A stretch of 63,710 nt of DNA, the filler included, from Nemertoderma westbladi (taxonomy: Eukaryota > Animalia > Xenacoelomorpha), in NCBI GenBank assembly GCA_032718475.1. It is 3 parts of 3 records of this genome, joined end to end, with 100 filler letters (N's around TTAATTAATTAA, not from the genome) between each part and the next. Parts side by side here need not be neighbours in the genome. Positions count along the whole stretch, not along the records: positions 1 to 17,075 come from JAUCBJ010005538.1; 2 more parts are not named here. One strand, written 5' to 3'. The translations under genes were made by a program, and so were the position numbers. Under the pieces are notes generated by a model. The model had not been told where the DNA came from. It searched no databases and was given only the letters and a program-made list of their open reading frames with translations. Within the stretch, counting starts at the first letter, position 1. Every line of letters begins with the position of its first letter. Below are positions 1 to 13,264 of this stretch, piece after piece.

Positions 1-2801
1 GAATCTACAATCCAGTGTGCGGGATTCTGTCAAGTTGGTTGTAGAAGATATCCAGCAATGGTGGGGAAGAACTGGAATTGAAATTAAATCATGGCCAGCT
101 TTGGAGAGCATGGTGAATGGAGATATAGATAAATTAAAGCTCCTGAAGAAATGGCGGAATAAAGAGACTGAACCTGAGATAAAGAGGAGAGAGGATTTCT
201 TGTTGAAACTTAGAAATACATTTTGGGTGGTACAACCAAGCTATGAAAAAGAACTATCACGATTACATGCAACAACAACAGACAAGCGGAAACTAGAGAC
301 TGGATGTATCTGGAAGGGGTGAGAGGGGGGAGCAGAACTGCAACTTTGGGTGCATTAGATGTGCAACTGAGAAAGCGCCAGAAGCGTAGGCTGTTGACTG
401 AACAGTCTGAAGCTGAAAGAAGACGTGCTGGGGAAGATGTATCATTTGCCACTGCTTCCGAGAAGGTTGGTGACAATGATTCAGACAAAAGTGATGATGA
501 TACTACCTACACTCTACCTCTTCCAGGTCCCTCCTCAAAGAAGATGAAGAAAAAGGAAGGAATTCCACAGGCAGCATGCCTGATTGCAGATAAGTACAGC
601 ATATCAAACCGAGCAATCACGGAACTGGCTGCAGCTTTCCATAAAGCAGATGGTAAATCTCTTGAAGAATACTGTCTTTCTGTCAACACAGCAGGGAGAA
701 GAAGATCTTCAATTAGAGTTGGCGCTGCACAGGCTATTGTACAATATCAGCTTGGAGGAGAAAACGAGAAAATATTTGCCTTACACTGGGATGGAAAAAT
801 AATAAAGTCATTAACCCATGTTGGGAAAAGCCCAGAGACAGTGGCTGTCATCTTGACTGGAACAGATGGTCAGGAAGTGCTGCTGTCTATTGTGGGGTTA
901 GATGGTAGGCCAAATGCTGAAAATGAGGCTTCAAAGATCATGCAGGTCCTCAATGACTATCATATTGACACCTCACGGATTGGTGCTCTCATATTCGACA
1001 CAACATCAGTTAACTCGGGGTACAAGCAGGGTGTTGTTAAAAGATTGGAGTCAGAATTTGGTAGGGCCCTCCTTCAGCTGGCTTGCAGACACCACATATA
1101 TGAGTTGATTGTGAAAGCATCAAGTGTCATTGTCTATGGAGAAAGCTCTTCACCAAAGGAGGGGATGTTTGACCCGCTTATCCAACATTGGGATACCATA
1201 GACAAGTGTAACTTGGCCTTGGTAAATGTGACAAAACGGAACAGGGTGCTCACTGGTCTTGTGGAGACAACTACTTCATTTCTTCATACCTGGCTGGGAA
1301 ACAGCACCAAACAATCGTTGAGACACGATTACCTAGAGCTAGCTAAACTAGCCCTCCTATTTTTAGGTGGAACTGTTCCTAGTGGGTGGCCAGACATCAC
1401 AATAAAAGACCCAGGCGCATACCATCATGCAAGATGGATGTCCAAGGCATTGTACACACTCAAGATAGCCTTGTTACGATCTGAACTCCACGATGTCTAC
1501 ACAACTGACGAGCTCGAATCAATCACCAGCCTAGCTGTATTCATATCAGTATTCTACACTAAAGCCTGGCTGACTTCTACCTCTGCTGCAGATGCCCCTC
1601 AGAACGACCTTGATTTAATGAAGATATTCGTCAAGACTGAGGCTAGCATCTCAAAAAATCCAGAACAGTGGCCAGTGAACTTCAGCTCACTTGTCAGTGC
1701 TGCTCGCAATAAGTTGGAAAACCACTTGTGGTATTTATCTGAACGCCTTGTAACTTTATCTCTCTTCAGTGACAGGGTACCGATATCTTCAAAGTCAACT
1801 ATCAGGAAGGCACTTCTAAGGGTCCAGGGTGTCGAACCACAAAATAAGCTCCAAGAGATGCCAGCCTCCTATCGTTTTGAGAGTAAGTCCCTCAAGGACT
1901 TTGTTGGGCCTGATTCGTGGTCCCTGTTCCCTCTACTTGGCATTGATCCTGGCTTTGTCAAACTACCTGTGGAGCAGTGGGTTACATGCAATTCGTATCT
2001 AGCAGGAAAAGCAGTGGTTGACAAGTTGCCAGTTGTGAACGATGCTGCAGAGCGTGCATTAGGGCTAGCCACAGATTTGAACACAGCTAAGGCTCCCAAA
2101 ACTGATGTACAGCTACAGGCCCTCTACAAGGTAGTAAAAGGGGTTAGACAGAAGCTCCATGGACTCTCGACATCATCAGAAACTGTAACAAAGAAGTCAT
2201 TGAGTGTTGTCGCATATGAATGGGTTTGATCTAACTCTTTGAAAGTCTTCACCAATTGATGAAACTCTAAGTGATTTGATTTTTAATATATGGTCTTAAT
2301 AATTGGTGTTTGTTTGCTCTCAATTTGGTTTTTTGCTCTTAATACTAAATATTAATTGTTCTTTATTTGTATTTAAATTTGATGTAATATGCTGTGCTGT
2401 ATTTGAATATTGTTAATTTTTTGAATGACTTCGATCACTTTGAAAAGTGACAATAATTCCCCATAGATACATTAGATATGTGTTGGAAGTGGGTTTCTTC
2501 AATCAAAAAGTAAGCAATATGTATAGGGATCCAATCTACCTTGTTTATCATCCAATTCTGCAACTTTTGGTGACAAAGTGAACTCTGGCGGGCAACTAAC
2601 ACTTGATAAATTGTAATTTTAGTGGGAATTTCAATAGGCCATTTGTTGTTACCATGGTAACAGCTGTAACCACCGTTAGACATCAATATTTTTCGAAATT
2701 TTTTTCATTCTTGTGTCACTCATACTCATGCACAACTTTTGTGACACTTTAAGCTATTAGCCTTCAAAAATTAAAAAAGGTCCAAAATTTGGCCCAGTCT
2801 A
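1..2801 (+). mobile_element. hAT-superfamily (hATm-like) DNA transposon, 5' part outside window
   Basis: Transposase ORF below. A probable right terminus reads TAGACTGGGCCAAATTTTGG on the minus strand, ending at 2801 (a TAG-type hAT end). The left TIR is not in the window. Confidence 0.7.
17..2229 (+). CDS. DDE transposase (hATm/Cc8K15.2-like), one frameshift near 290
   Basis: Motifs HWDGK, FDTTSVNSG, ACRHHIYEL (CxxH), HHARWMSKALY, HLWYLSE and VVNDAAER. ORF 17-322 joins ORF 304-2229 if one A is added to the run at ~290 (…DKRK-TRDWMYLEG). Confidence 0.8.
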
Positions 2802-4269
2802 CTTTCCAGACCCCCCCCCCCCCCCCTGGGTGGGTTATTACTACCCCTCCTTGGTGCAATCGCAAGCTATGTTGCACCAAGGTATCTGGTGTCTCTGTTT
2901 GAGACAATTGTGCTCTCTTTTCACACAATTTTCTACAACCTCACTGTAATCTTCCTCACGGACCTCTCTGTCTCTGTCCCTTACTCTCTCTCTCACAGAC
3001 CTCGTTGTCCCTTATTATCTCTCCAGTCCCATGGGACCCTTCTTCTCTCACTGCTCGCTCCCCACGATTGAATTGCACTCCTCTCATTTCTACGCATGTC
3101 AACACCTCCTCTCCATACTTCCCCCCGTTCTCCTATGCTAAACCGATGTCCCTCCGTCCCCTCCTGTCAGGCTCCCACATTCTCATCAGTGCGGCCGCAC
3201 TTGTGGAAATGGGATCCGTCTAATGTTTCGTCCTCATGTCATAGTCAATTGGTCCAGAATCCCAGTAGCGAATTGGAAAAGTTTATATATGACTATAGTA
3301 CTTACTTTGATTATTATTCATATTGATTATATTGATTATCTACATACGTACATACTAATTGCACTTAATTATTTGCACTTAGGAGTTCGTATTTATTCCC
3401 ACATGTGGTTCCTTCCAGGCACACCCACATCTCCCTCTCTGAGTTCTAGTTCGTTCCTCCCGTCTTTGGGAACCGTCTTAGTTCTTTCCCGCTGTCATCC
3501 TAGGGGGGAGGGGCAAATGCCCCCTTGCCCCCCCCCCCCCCCCCCCCTAGAACCGACACTGTATCCGCCTCTCTCTCATCTGCTTCCCTCCTCTCTCGGC
3601 TGAAGATTTCCTCCCGCCTCTTCTCCTCGATTCCATCCGCCTCCAGCTTCTCGCACCTCTTGTATGGTGTGTCCACCTCTCTGTCCACTAGGTGCCGGCT
3701 ATCGTAGTACACAGCCCCGGGTGGTCTAACAGACCTTCGAAGGCCACCTTAAAGGCTCTCCTGTAGTTTAGAGGTGCTCCTGATAACAGAAACGCCATTG
3801 GCTCTCTTCCGATAACCACGGCCATGAATAGGTTTAATAAACCTATCATTACCCAATCCTCCTGTAGGATATATCTCTTCTGATATATCTTAATCGCTCC
3901 CCTTTGGAACTGATATACCTCCTGTTTCCCTGGCCTCACTCCCCATTTCAGTGAGTTCGCCAGTTCCGCTCCCTACTCCTCTCGGAACTTACCGCAGTCT
4001 ATCAGCTTGTGGCAGACAAGCCCCATGAGCTGGCCCATCGCCAATGCTCCACAATGTCCTGTGCCCGCTCTGTGCTCCTCCCGGAACTTGCCCCAGTCCA
4101 TCGGCTTGTGGCAGACAAGGCCCATGAGCTGGCACATCCCCACTGCTCCACAATGTCCTGTGGTTCTCTACCACCCCCAAAGTGCCAATTTTTCTTAGTT
4201 TTATTTTAATTTTATCTATGTTGCCCCCCGTCTGTGCTATCATCCTATCTACCTTCCTACTTCCTTCTT

Positions 4270-4835
4270 ACTATGTACCCTATTACTACTATGGTATGCC
4301 TACATACCCTTTACTTTCTTACTACGTGGCGCTCTCGGTGCCCACAACCCCTCTGCTACTATTTCTATGGTATACATACATACCATACCCTTTACTCTCT
4401 TACTACGTGGCACTTTCGGTGCCCACAACCCCTCTGCTACTACTTCTATGGTATACCCACATACCATACCCTCTACTATCTTACTACGTGGCGCTTTCGG
4501 TGCCCACAACCCCTCTGCTACTACTTCTATGGTATACCTACATACCATACCCTCTACTCTCTTACTACGTGGTGCTTTTGGTGCCCACAACCCCTCTGCT
4601 ACTACTTCTGTGGTATACCTACATACCATACCCTCTACTCTCTTACTACGTGGTGCTTTTGGTGCCCACAACCCCTCTGCTACTACTTCTATGGTATGCC
4701 TATATACCATACTCTCTCTACTACTACTTCTATGGTATGCCTATATACCATACTCTCTCTACTACTACTTCTATGGTATGCCTATATACAATACTCTCTA
4801 CTCTCTTACTACGTGGTGCTCTCGGTGCCCACAAC
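4270..4835. repeat. 81-bp minisatellite, ~6-7 copies with partial units
   Basis: Unit ctatggtatacctacataccataccctctactctcttactacgtggtgcttttggtgcccacaacccctctgctactactt; overlapping ORFs show 27-aa periodicity. Confidence 0.9.
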
Positions 4836-5729
4836 TTCTAACTTTCATGGTACTATGTACCCTACTACTTAGTACTACGTACTGTCTACTACTATTACTT
4901 TCTACTATCTTACTACTTATTTATTATTTGCTTTATTATTTATTTTTATATTTTTGTGTGGGAAGGGCGTCTCGCCCTGATTCCCACCCCCCTCAGTCCA
5001 ACATATTGGACGACTAAACTCTAAGGGCGATTCTTCCAGCAGGCACTCTCCCACTGCCCCCCTGTAAGTCCTCTTATCCTTCGCCCCACTCTCCTTGTCA
5101 ATTCCAACTCTGTAGGAATTGATTCTCCCTCCTCCACCACCCTAAAATCGCGTCTTTCGGTCGCCTTCTTGATTTCCTCATGGTCCCCTGGCAGCAAAAT
5201 GCCACCCTTCATCTTGTCGTCACCTGGTGGTAGAATGAAAAGAAATCGAAAAAATAGATAAAACAGAATGGATAATAGTAATCCTATCCCTTTCCACCCT
5301 GTCTTCTTATTTGACATCCCCCTTTTCGGTATGCCTCTCAACCGGACCGGCGTCTCCTCCGGACACTTCTCCGTACATCTCGTCGTCCACTCTTCTCCAT
5401 CCTCATACCGATACTTGCCGGGAACATCCTTGTTCCATCCCATCATCTCTAAGTCTTCCGCGTCGAATCCATTCTCCTCCGCCCACTCTCATGCTGTTGC
5501 TTCCCCTCCTAACTCATCTACTGACGGTATTTTTCTGGAACTATCCTCTATCCTTTCACCACGCTCCACTATGCTTGGTTCCAGATCCATACCCACGTCC
5601 TGGTATCCTTCCCCGGGCAGCTTCCACATGGGACCTCCCCATCGCCCATCTCTGGTTTCTCCTCTACGTCCTCAACCGTGCCTGACAGCATGCACCCTGA
5701 TGTTTCGGACACACCAAAGGGTGTCCTTG

Positions 5730-6135
5730 TCTTAATTGGGCCAGTGAGCATCCATCCAAATGGCGTGAGAATGGCTATCAGGTCTCGCTCCCTGTCATCG
5801 CCGAAAATGGTCTGTAGTCTCTCGTGGGCCGTCGGGCAGTCCATACCAACTATGAGAGATACCTTCGGGACATCCAGCTCGGGCACGGAGAAATCGATGT
5901 TGTCCATGTACCGGTATTGCTCTATCTCGATCTTCGTTGGTCGCCTGGCGTTGATATTAATTGATTCTATTATTTGGATGCGTTCAATGGTAGCCCCATA
6001 GCCGCACCCTGGTGTTATCGCTGATATCTCGCAACGCCCCGTTCTCATTCTCATGACCTCGTCCTTATTGGAGATAGTGGTTACCGCCATCTTGCTAGGC
6101 CTCGTCTGTAACCCTATCCTTTCGGCCACCCAACT
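5730..6135 (-). mobile_element. BEL/Pao LTR retrotransposon fragment, C-terminal part of protease region
   Basis: VSLIVGMD…IAILTPFGWMLTGP matches the BEL/Pao I.LLIG.D…A..T.LGW...GP segment. Confidence 0.7.
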
Positions 6136-6147
6136 CTCTGGCTACGA

Positions 6148-6527
6148 GCACGACGGGAGCAAAGAGGAAGAGGACAGTACTACTCGGGGTAGTACCAGTG
6201 AGAATAACAGGAAAGGACGGGCTATCGGCCACAACACTAATGTTGGTCGATAGTGGAGCAGCATTCACGTTAATGCAGTATGTTGCAGAGGCGGTAGTAC
6301 AGATCCAAGACAGACCACGTTATGTGAAAATAACTCAGCACGACGGGAGCAAAGAGGAAGAGGACAGTACTACTCGGGGTAGTACCAGTGAGAATAACAG
6401 GAAAGGACGGGCTATCGGCCACAACACTAATGTTGGTCGATAGTGGAGCAGCATTCACGTTAATGCAGTATGTTGCAGAGGCGGTAGTACAGATCCAAGA
6501 CAGACCACGTTATGTGAAAATAACTCA
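6148..6527 (+). mobile_element. BEL/Pao aspartic protease active-site fragment, tandemly duplicated (2 x 190 bp)
   Basis: VLLGVVPVRITGKDGLSATTLMLVDSGAAFTLM (DSG motif); identical copies start at 6148 and 6338. Confidence 0.7.
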
Positions 6528-7486
6528 AGCTTGAGCGTTTATCCGTTTATGTTGTGATGGATTGACAGGCAGAAGGATAAAATATTGCACCAACAAAGAA
6601 AATTGATAGGTCACTTTCTTGTAGACATTAACTTGAGAGGGATGCGTGTGTTATAAAGGCATTGCTTTATATAAATTAAGGTCGATAAATATCTAGGGTA
6701 GTAAGATCAGGTGGCCGTATGGAAAATCCAATTTATCACATTATAATTCGCTCTGCAATTCCTAGAAAAAGGGGTTGGGCAAAAGCAAAACCTAGCTAGC
6801 CCGTCGTTGTACGATTAATAGTTGGTAACACAAATATAACGAAATATTTAAAACTATTGAATGTCCTCTCTATATATTATCGTGTTGTTTTATTAATAGA
6901 CAAAGCATATTAGCAAAACACAGTTAATATCAGCGGAATACTTTTTTTTAAGTACTATTTACATTATTTGTTAACAAATGACCGGAAGCTGTTATGTACA
7001 GTATGTGTATGCACCGTTTTTGAACACAATACGTTCACCTAGGAACAACGTTTAGCAATAATAAATAGTTTTGTTCAGAAATTGTTTCAGATTGCACTTT
7101 AAACTGCTGATCTGCGAAATTGATTTCCATTAATTAATAATCATTGTAAATTTATTTAAGTAATTAAGCAGGTAAGGTAGAAAATCGACAAAGACAAAAG
7201 TTTAAATTATATGCTATTCAACGATACTCTTATTATATTTATTTCAAGGTTCAAGTTCAAGGGTTCGTTTCGTTTTTTTTTTGTCTCTCTGTTAAAATAA
7301 CACCCACCAACAGAAATCAAATCAAATCAAAAGCTCACAGAGACCTGCCCTATCTAGGGTTCGAAACAGGGCTTCCTAATTGGAAGCCCAGGAATGAAGC
7401 CAGAGTTTCAGTAAAATAAAATAGACTTCGGTAACATAAATCCGAGAAGAATATAAGGTTTACGAGAATTTGTTACAATTTTTTAG

Positions 7487-7708
7487 TGGTTCGGAGGTTT
7501 GATACTGCCAAACACACCGGCTTCTGATGCGTGGATTTTTGAGTCGTTGCCGGAATTCCTAAGTTCCAGAATGCTTCACCAGTTGCTTGGCAACAGCTCA
7601 TATAACATCGCGTTATTGGCGAAAGAGTTACAAGACATTGAATTTGTTTCTCATCATTCCAACGACAATAGAGTTAGTAATGAAGGCAGTTTCGTCAACA
7701 ATTACAAG
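7487..7708 (+). CDS. M1 aminopeptidase (APN/ERAP-like) exon A
   Basis: ttttag|TGG…TACAAG|gtaact. WFGGLILP…AWIFESLPEF…NNYK corresponds to WFGNLV…LWLNEGFA…YxK. Phases 0/0. Confidence 0.75.
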
Positions 7709-8589
7709 GTAACTAATTACATTGTTATAAATTACCAAATTATAGATTTTAGGTCCTTTTTAATGCTGAATTTGGGCGATAATTAATTACGCGTTCATTG
7801 TGGGATGTTCAAAAATAATAATAGAATAAAATTACCTGCGTCCAGCTCATCTCCCTTCCCGAGAATGTTAGAGTCGATAAAAGATCAATCCTTTTCCGAG
7901 GATAGAGTTCTTTTTCTAGACGCGGAAATGAACGAACATAAATATCATTCAAATATATTAAATTTCCTTTAAAATAAATTGTTTGATGTTGTCAAGTTTA
8001 CCGAAGAAAGATCATAAAATATAGTAACTCATATAATAACTAACTGTTTATTTTACAAAAAAAAATGGGGGGGGGGGGGGGGTGGTGCACCATTTTTGGA
8101 ATACTGTCGAAAATTTATATTTTTAATTGATTATGATGGGAAATTTAACGGAGATTTCAAATCTGAAAGTAATAACATGGTAATAATATGGTAATTATAT
8201 GGTTATCATCTTTATATTAAAATATCTGGTACGACAATAATACACCTTGGTCCGAATAAAAAATATTTTTCTTGGTCCTTGGAAATAAAATGTATGTACT
8301 TTATCATTGGTACGCAAATATGTGAAATTGTGTATGTGTATATGTATATAATGTGTATGTGAAAATTTAAAATTTTCAGTCACACACGTGTAGAAGAACA
8401 TCTTGGGCACGTACAAAGCCAATTACAGCCAAAACTAAGCACTTTTAACAAGCTGGGTGTGAAAAAACCACAAGTTTTCTGAAAATGGTGCCCCGCTAAC
8501 TTAGTTAAGTTAAAATTGGTTCAAAATACGTAAAACTGTTTATCTGAAATAAAATGTGAACTAAACTTGGTAATTTGTTGCTTCTCTAG

Positions 8590-8758
8590 GCAGCCGTTCT
8601 TCTACTAGAAATTATGTCGCGAGATATTGGTGAAGTAGAATTTGGTAAAATGTTAAAGGATATTCTCATAAATCATCGCTATGCCACGATTTCTACATTC
8701 GATTTCATATCTGCATTTACTGGTATTGAGAAGAGCAATATTTCTCGAGCTCAAATAG
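8590..8758 (+). CDS. M1 aminopeptidase exon B
   Basis: ctctag|GCA…ATAG|gtaaaa. AAVLLLEIMSRDIGEVEFGKMLKDILINHRYATISTFDFISAF corresponds to GASVLRML…GE..F..GL..YL..H.Y….DLW. Phases 0/1. Confidence 0.75.
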
Positions 8759-8814
8759 GTAAAATTAATTTATTTAATTATAATGAAATTATTATAATTA
8801 ATTAAATAATTATC

Positions 8815-10400
8815 GTGTTATTGGGCTTTCGGACTCTGTGCACTCGAGTTTACATGTTATTCTTTTTTAAACTCCCCCCCCCCCCCCCCCGGTCATATTG
8901 ACCACCCCTCCCCCTCCCCCCTAAAGTCTACAAATTTTAACGAAAACGTCTTACTTTTTGTTTGTACGTAGATTTCCCTAGTCTGAATGCGACCGAAAAA
9001 AAAATTTTCAAAAAAATCTACTGGATATTATATTGCAGCACCAAAATTACAATAGTAAACAATTTTATTTTCATAAATTATGAAAGTTACAATTTTCGGC
9101 TAATTGTTTTTCTATACAGCTTTTTCTAGGGCGCCAAATCCATTGGAAAATGTTTAAAAATTATCTGATTAATATAAATGGCTGTTTTAGTACCCTACGT
9201 GTAGGCAGAAAAATGATAAAAACAAGTAGCCAGCACTTTTCAGTTTGAACACAAATTTTTTAATTCACTTATACGATGCTATAAATGCACATTTTTAGGT
9301 TTTCTGGGGCGCTGATTGTAATGGAATACATTTCCAATTTTCCAAATCATTGCTATTCGAATATTTCGGAGTATTGTGGCAAATATTGGTGCTAGCACCA
9401 AATTTCGTACCCATCCCCAAAAAGTACAAGTTTGAGATGTCCAGTACTGTTTTTATTGATTCCATCGGATTCAGGACCCTCATAAACCCGTATAACGCAA
9501 GAAACAAGGTGATATTATCTACTGATCAATTAGCTTATTTTCAAAAATTTGGTGCTGAACAACAATTTTCACCCACCAACGAAAAATACAAGTTTGAGTA
9601 CTCTTATGCAATTTTTACTTATTCCATTGAATTCAGAACCCTCACAAACCCGTATAACGCAAGAAACAAGGTGACACAATCAATTGATATATCTGATGGT
9701 TTTCAAAATTTGGTGCTAGCCCTAAATTTTGCATACACTTCCGAAAAATACAAATTTTAGATGTCTAGTTAAATAATTAGTTGTCCCTTTGAATTTAGAC
9801 ATAAACCTCTAAAACGCGAGAAATAAGTTGTCACAAGCAATTGAACAATTAAAAGGATTTTCAAAATTTTGTGCTGGCACCAAATTTTGCACACAACTTC
9901 GAAAAATACAAGTTTGATACGCGTGGTGCAATTCGTATATATTCCATCGAAACCAGAACCCCAAAAAACCCATATGGTGTAAAAAAAACCAGGTTCAAAC
10001 AATGAATTTAGACAATTGGAATATTTCAAAATTTGGTGCTGGCACCAAAATTTGGCACCCGCCGAAAAATGCAATTTTGAAATTTCTAAATTAATTCATA
10101 TGAATTCCATCTAATTGCAAACACCAAAAAACCGGTGTAAAATCAAATAAAAAATAAAGATGTTATAAATCATATTTAATGAAATGTAATTTTCAAAAAC
10201 GTCTCAAAAAAAGCGCCAAAAGCAGGGTTAAAAAATGGTGCTATAACTCGAAAACTACCCAATATTTTTGAAAACCGTTTTACTTAGGAAGGCAATACAT
10301 TTTTAGGAAAAGTCATAAAATTTCACCAACTGCTTATGTTTAAGAGATTTAACAAAAAAACCACGGGGGTCATATTGAGCCCCCACCCCCGGGTTTAATA
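8815..10400. mobile_element. Probable non-autonomous DNA element with internal degenerate tandem repeats
   Basis: ggtcatattga motif next to C/G tracts at both ends (~8891, ~10368). An internal ~160-bp repeat carries ttggtgct(a/g)gcaccaaa at 9387-10050. Confidence 0.4.
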
Positions 10401-10675
10401 CTGAGCTGTTTAGACCAATAGCAGCAAAGGGGAGATGGGGGGGTCATAAAAATTATAAAAATGCATTGAAATCAATACTTTGGTGTATTTTCAAAATCTC
10501 GTAAATCTAAAAATTTACGATCTTATGCATTATCGCCATTTTGAAGGGGATAGGCCTACTTAGATAGTTCACTTCCCCACCATTTTATAGGGTAAATATT
10601 TTCGAATATATTCATAAAATAAAACGGAAAACGAAATTAAGATAGTAATTGCAATATTATAATTTAACGTTTTAG

Positions 10676-10904
10676 AATCCTATATTTATACTTGGTCCTC
10701 AAAACCGTATAAGTTATACCCTGTCGTTGAAATGCATAGAAACTACACTGATAACACATTCGGAATTAAACAGCTGGTTAACACTAACAGACAACTGAAC
10801 GGAATTGATTCACAACAACGTCTGACCATTCCTGTTATTGTTGTCAACATAAATGGGAGCCAAAACATATACTGGTTGTACAACGATACGACAAAAATAG
10901 ACTC
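10676..10904 (+). CDS. M1 aminopeptidase exon C
   Basis: ttttag|AA…GACTC|gtaagt. YIYTWSSKPYKLYPVVEMHRNY…KQ…TIPV…YWL corresponds to M.TWT.Q.GYPVV.V.R…Q…IP…WL. Phases 1/2 match both neighbours. Confidence 0.75.
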
Positions 10905-11084
10905 GTAAGTGAAATTATAAATATAGTTTATCAGTCCTTCACTTATAATTGCATTTAGTAGTGTCTATCTGATTTATTATTCTGTCCTATACTATACCGG
11001 GTAGTTAATTACAATTCCTAGGAAGACCCACTAGGTCACACAATATTAAGTAATAAGTAGGCCTACCAAAATTCATTCCACAAA

Positions 11085-12557
11085 ACTAGTGACGGGCCTA
11101 GCGGCCCGATAAGGAACCGACTTTTTATTTCAAATAAAAGAGACAACGAGAATTATTATAGAACTAATAATTATGTAAAAATACAATCATATTTCATACA
11201 ATAATTATTAATAAATTCGATCTATTATTAGTTACTCAATTCTAGAACAAAATCGACCTGCAACTAGTGAAGACCTCGTTTTGGAATTTCGAAACCACGC
11301 TGGTGCGATGCGCGATATCGTGTTTAGTTAATAAATTGAAAACTCCATCAATTCATGTGCAACCAGTAATAAGAAATCGCGATAAATGTAATTAAATAAA
11401 AATTATTCTAGAAAAATTTTCCTCAAAAAGTATGAAGTCTTGGCGTTGGTGACGCGAAACTAGGCTAGTGAGATTCAGGATATTGCGTTTAATATAAAAA
11501 TCAAAAACGCTATCGAATTCCGTAAAGGCGTTAATAAAATACTGCAACTTTTTTGAAATTTGTAAAATTCTAGAACTGGAAAAAATTATTTTTTGAACGG
11601 CGCTGTTTGGGGTTTGGAAACATGGATAGGCTGAAAGAGGACATCTAATTAAGTTGAAAAATAAAATGAAAACCCCATCGAATTTGGACAAAGCGTTCCG
11701 GAGTTATAGTGGATCGAAAAAAATTGACCCCCCCAGTCGCCAAAAATTTACAGTAATTTAAAATTTTGCAAAAAAAATTTTTTTCAGAAAAAAAAACATG
11801 GAAAAAGTATATTTTTAAAAAGATTTGATGTCTTTGCCTATGGTCAGAGAATGATCCAACTCTGTACTTGGCAATCGCTCAAATCCATTCAGCTGAATGG
11901 CACAGTAGAGTAAACTAAAGTAAATTCCCTATACAATGTTCTGAAGGGGTGACTGACAGAGAGTAATCCAACAATAAAACATTTTGCAATAATGTTGGCA
12001 TTAATGTAGCCAACTCACTGTGTACGTAACAGTCATTCAGCTTACATTAGCAGAGTGAGATATTCCCATAGATTGCATTGGGAAGAGTAATTCAGCTGAG
12101 GCGATATTAGATTTCAAACTAAACCAACCAGTTAATAATGTTTGCTTTGACAGAGAGTGGTGGCCTATACAAACAGTATGGGTGTACTGAGTATAATAAT
12201 CTTGGCAACCTCATCGATTTATTACTAAGCCTTCTGTAGAAATGCATTACATAAGCCATTTTTCATCACGACACCAGCTGTCATGGGTGTTATTTTACCA
12301 TTGCGCCTATGGCGTTTTTTCGTTTATGTCTATTTTTCGAGCCCACGGCTCATGGACGAAATAGCGGAACATACCAGGGACCTTAGAATCGCGGTATCTA
12401 GCCGCTGTGAAAATTTCATCAAAATCGTTAGAGTAGTTTTGGCTGTAGATTAGTCAGTCAGTCAGTCAGTCAGTCAGTCAGTCAGTCAGTCAGTCAGTCA
12501 GTCAGCCAGCCAGTCTCGAGCAATTCTTACAGTAATGAACCTCTCGGTTCCTAATAA
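11085..12557 (-). mobile_element. Helentron/Helitron2-type non-autonomous element (HINE/DINE-like)
   Basis: On the minus strand: 5' TTATT, sub-TIR aggaaccga, (GACT)n microsatellite (12452-12512), then 3' sub-TIR tcggttcct, hairpin cgggcc-gcta-ggcccg and CTAGTTTT end. Confidence 0.65.
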
Positions 12558-13264
12558 CCATTTCACATTTTCATTCTATGCGAGTCGGGGTACAAGAAAC
12601 CCCCCAAAACAGCTATGATACTGATTCACAACATATTAAGATACATCAAAAATATGAACCATTTTGGTGCTATGCGCGAAATTTACATATACAACATGGT
12701 GCGGAAAGTGCAAACATTACCGGCACAAAAAGTTGTAGCCCATTCAATTTTAGGAATTAACTAGAAAATTTGGAAATGTATTGATGTGATTTAGATTTTA
12801 TAGCATTATATAGAACCATTAAGTAACTATACTGCCTAAGAGGCTTACCGGTCATGTTATGATTTAGAGTCTGATGAAGGGTGATTACAGGATTACCGCA
12901 TTATGAATTGCTCGTCTGCTTGTGCTTTGACTGTTAACCTACTGCTTGAAAGATTACTATATTATATATTATTATCATGTTGACTTATTGATAGTTGTTG
13001 AGATCTCACATTTGTAGGAATAGTTAACAAAGCATGTATAAATTTGCGTTTCATAGTTAACATAAATTCTTAACTCAGGGGTAGAAATCGTCCCCTTGAG
13101 AACCTAAAGGGTTAACTATGCAACATTTACATGATTATTGATAGTATATTAACTACGGACAATAAGTAATCGTCTAGTCTATGTTTTTCTTTTATTATTG
13201 AGGAGCCACCTTTAAGAGAGAATCTATATTCCACCACCTGATATATTATGCAATGAGTTTTGTT

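Noticed and set aside
4182-5017. Tyr/Leu-rich repetitive ORFs
   Set aside because: Open in several frames because the 81-bp unit is a multiple of three; no domain signal.
7079-7171. Candidate HExxH exon ending CAG|gtaagg
   Set aside because: Strong donor, but stops in all frames and no HExxH.
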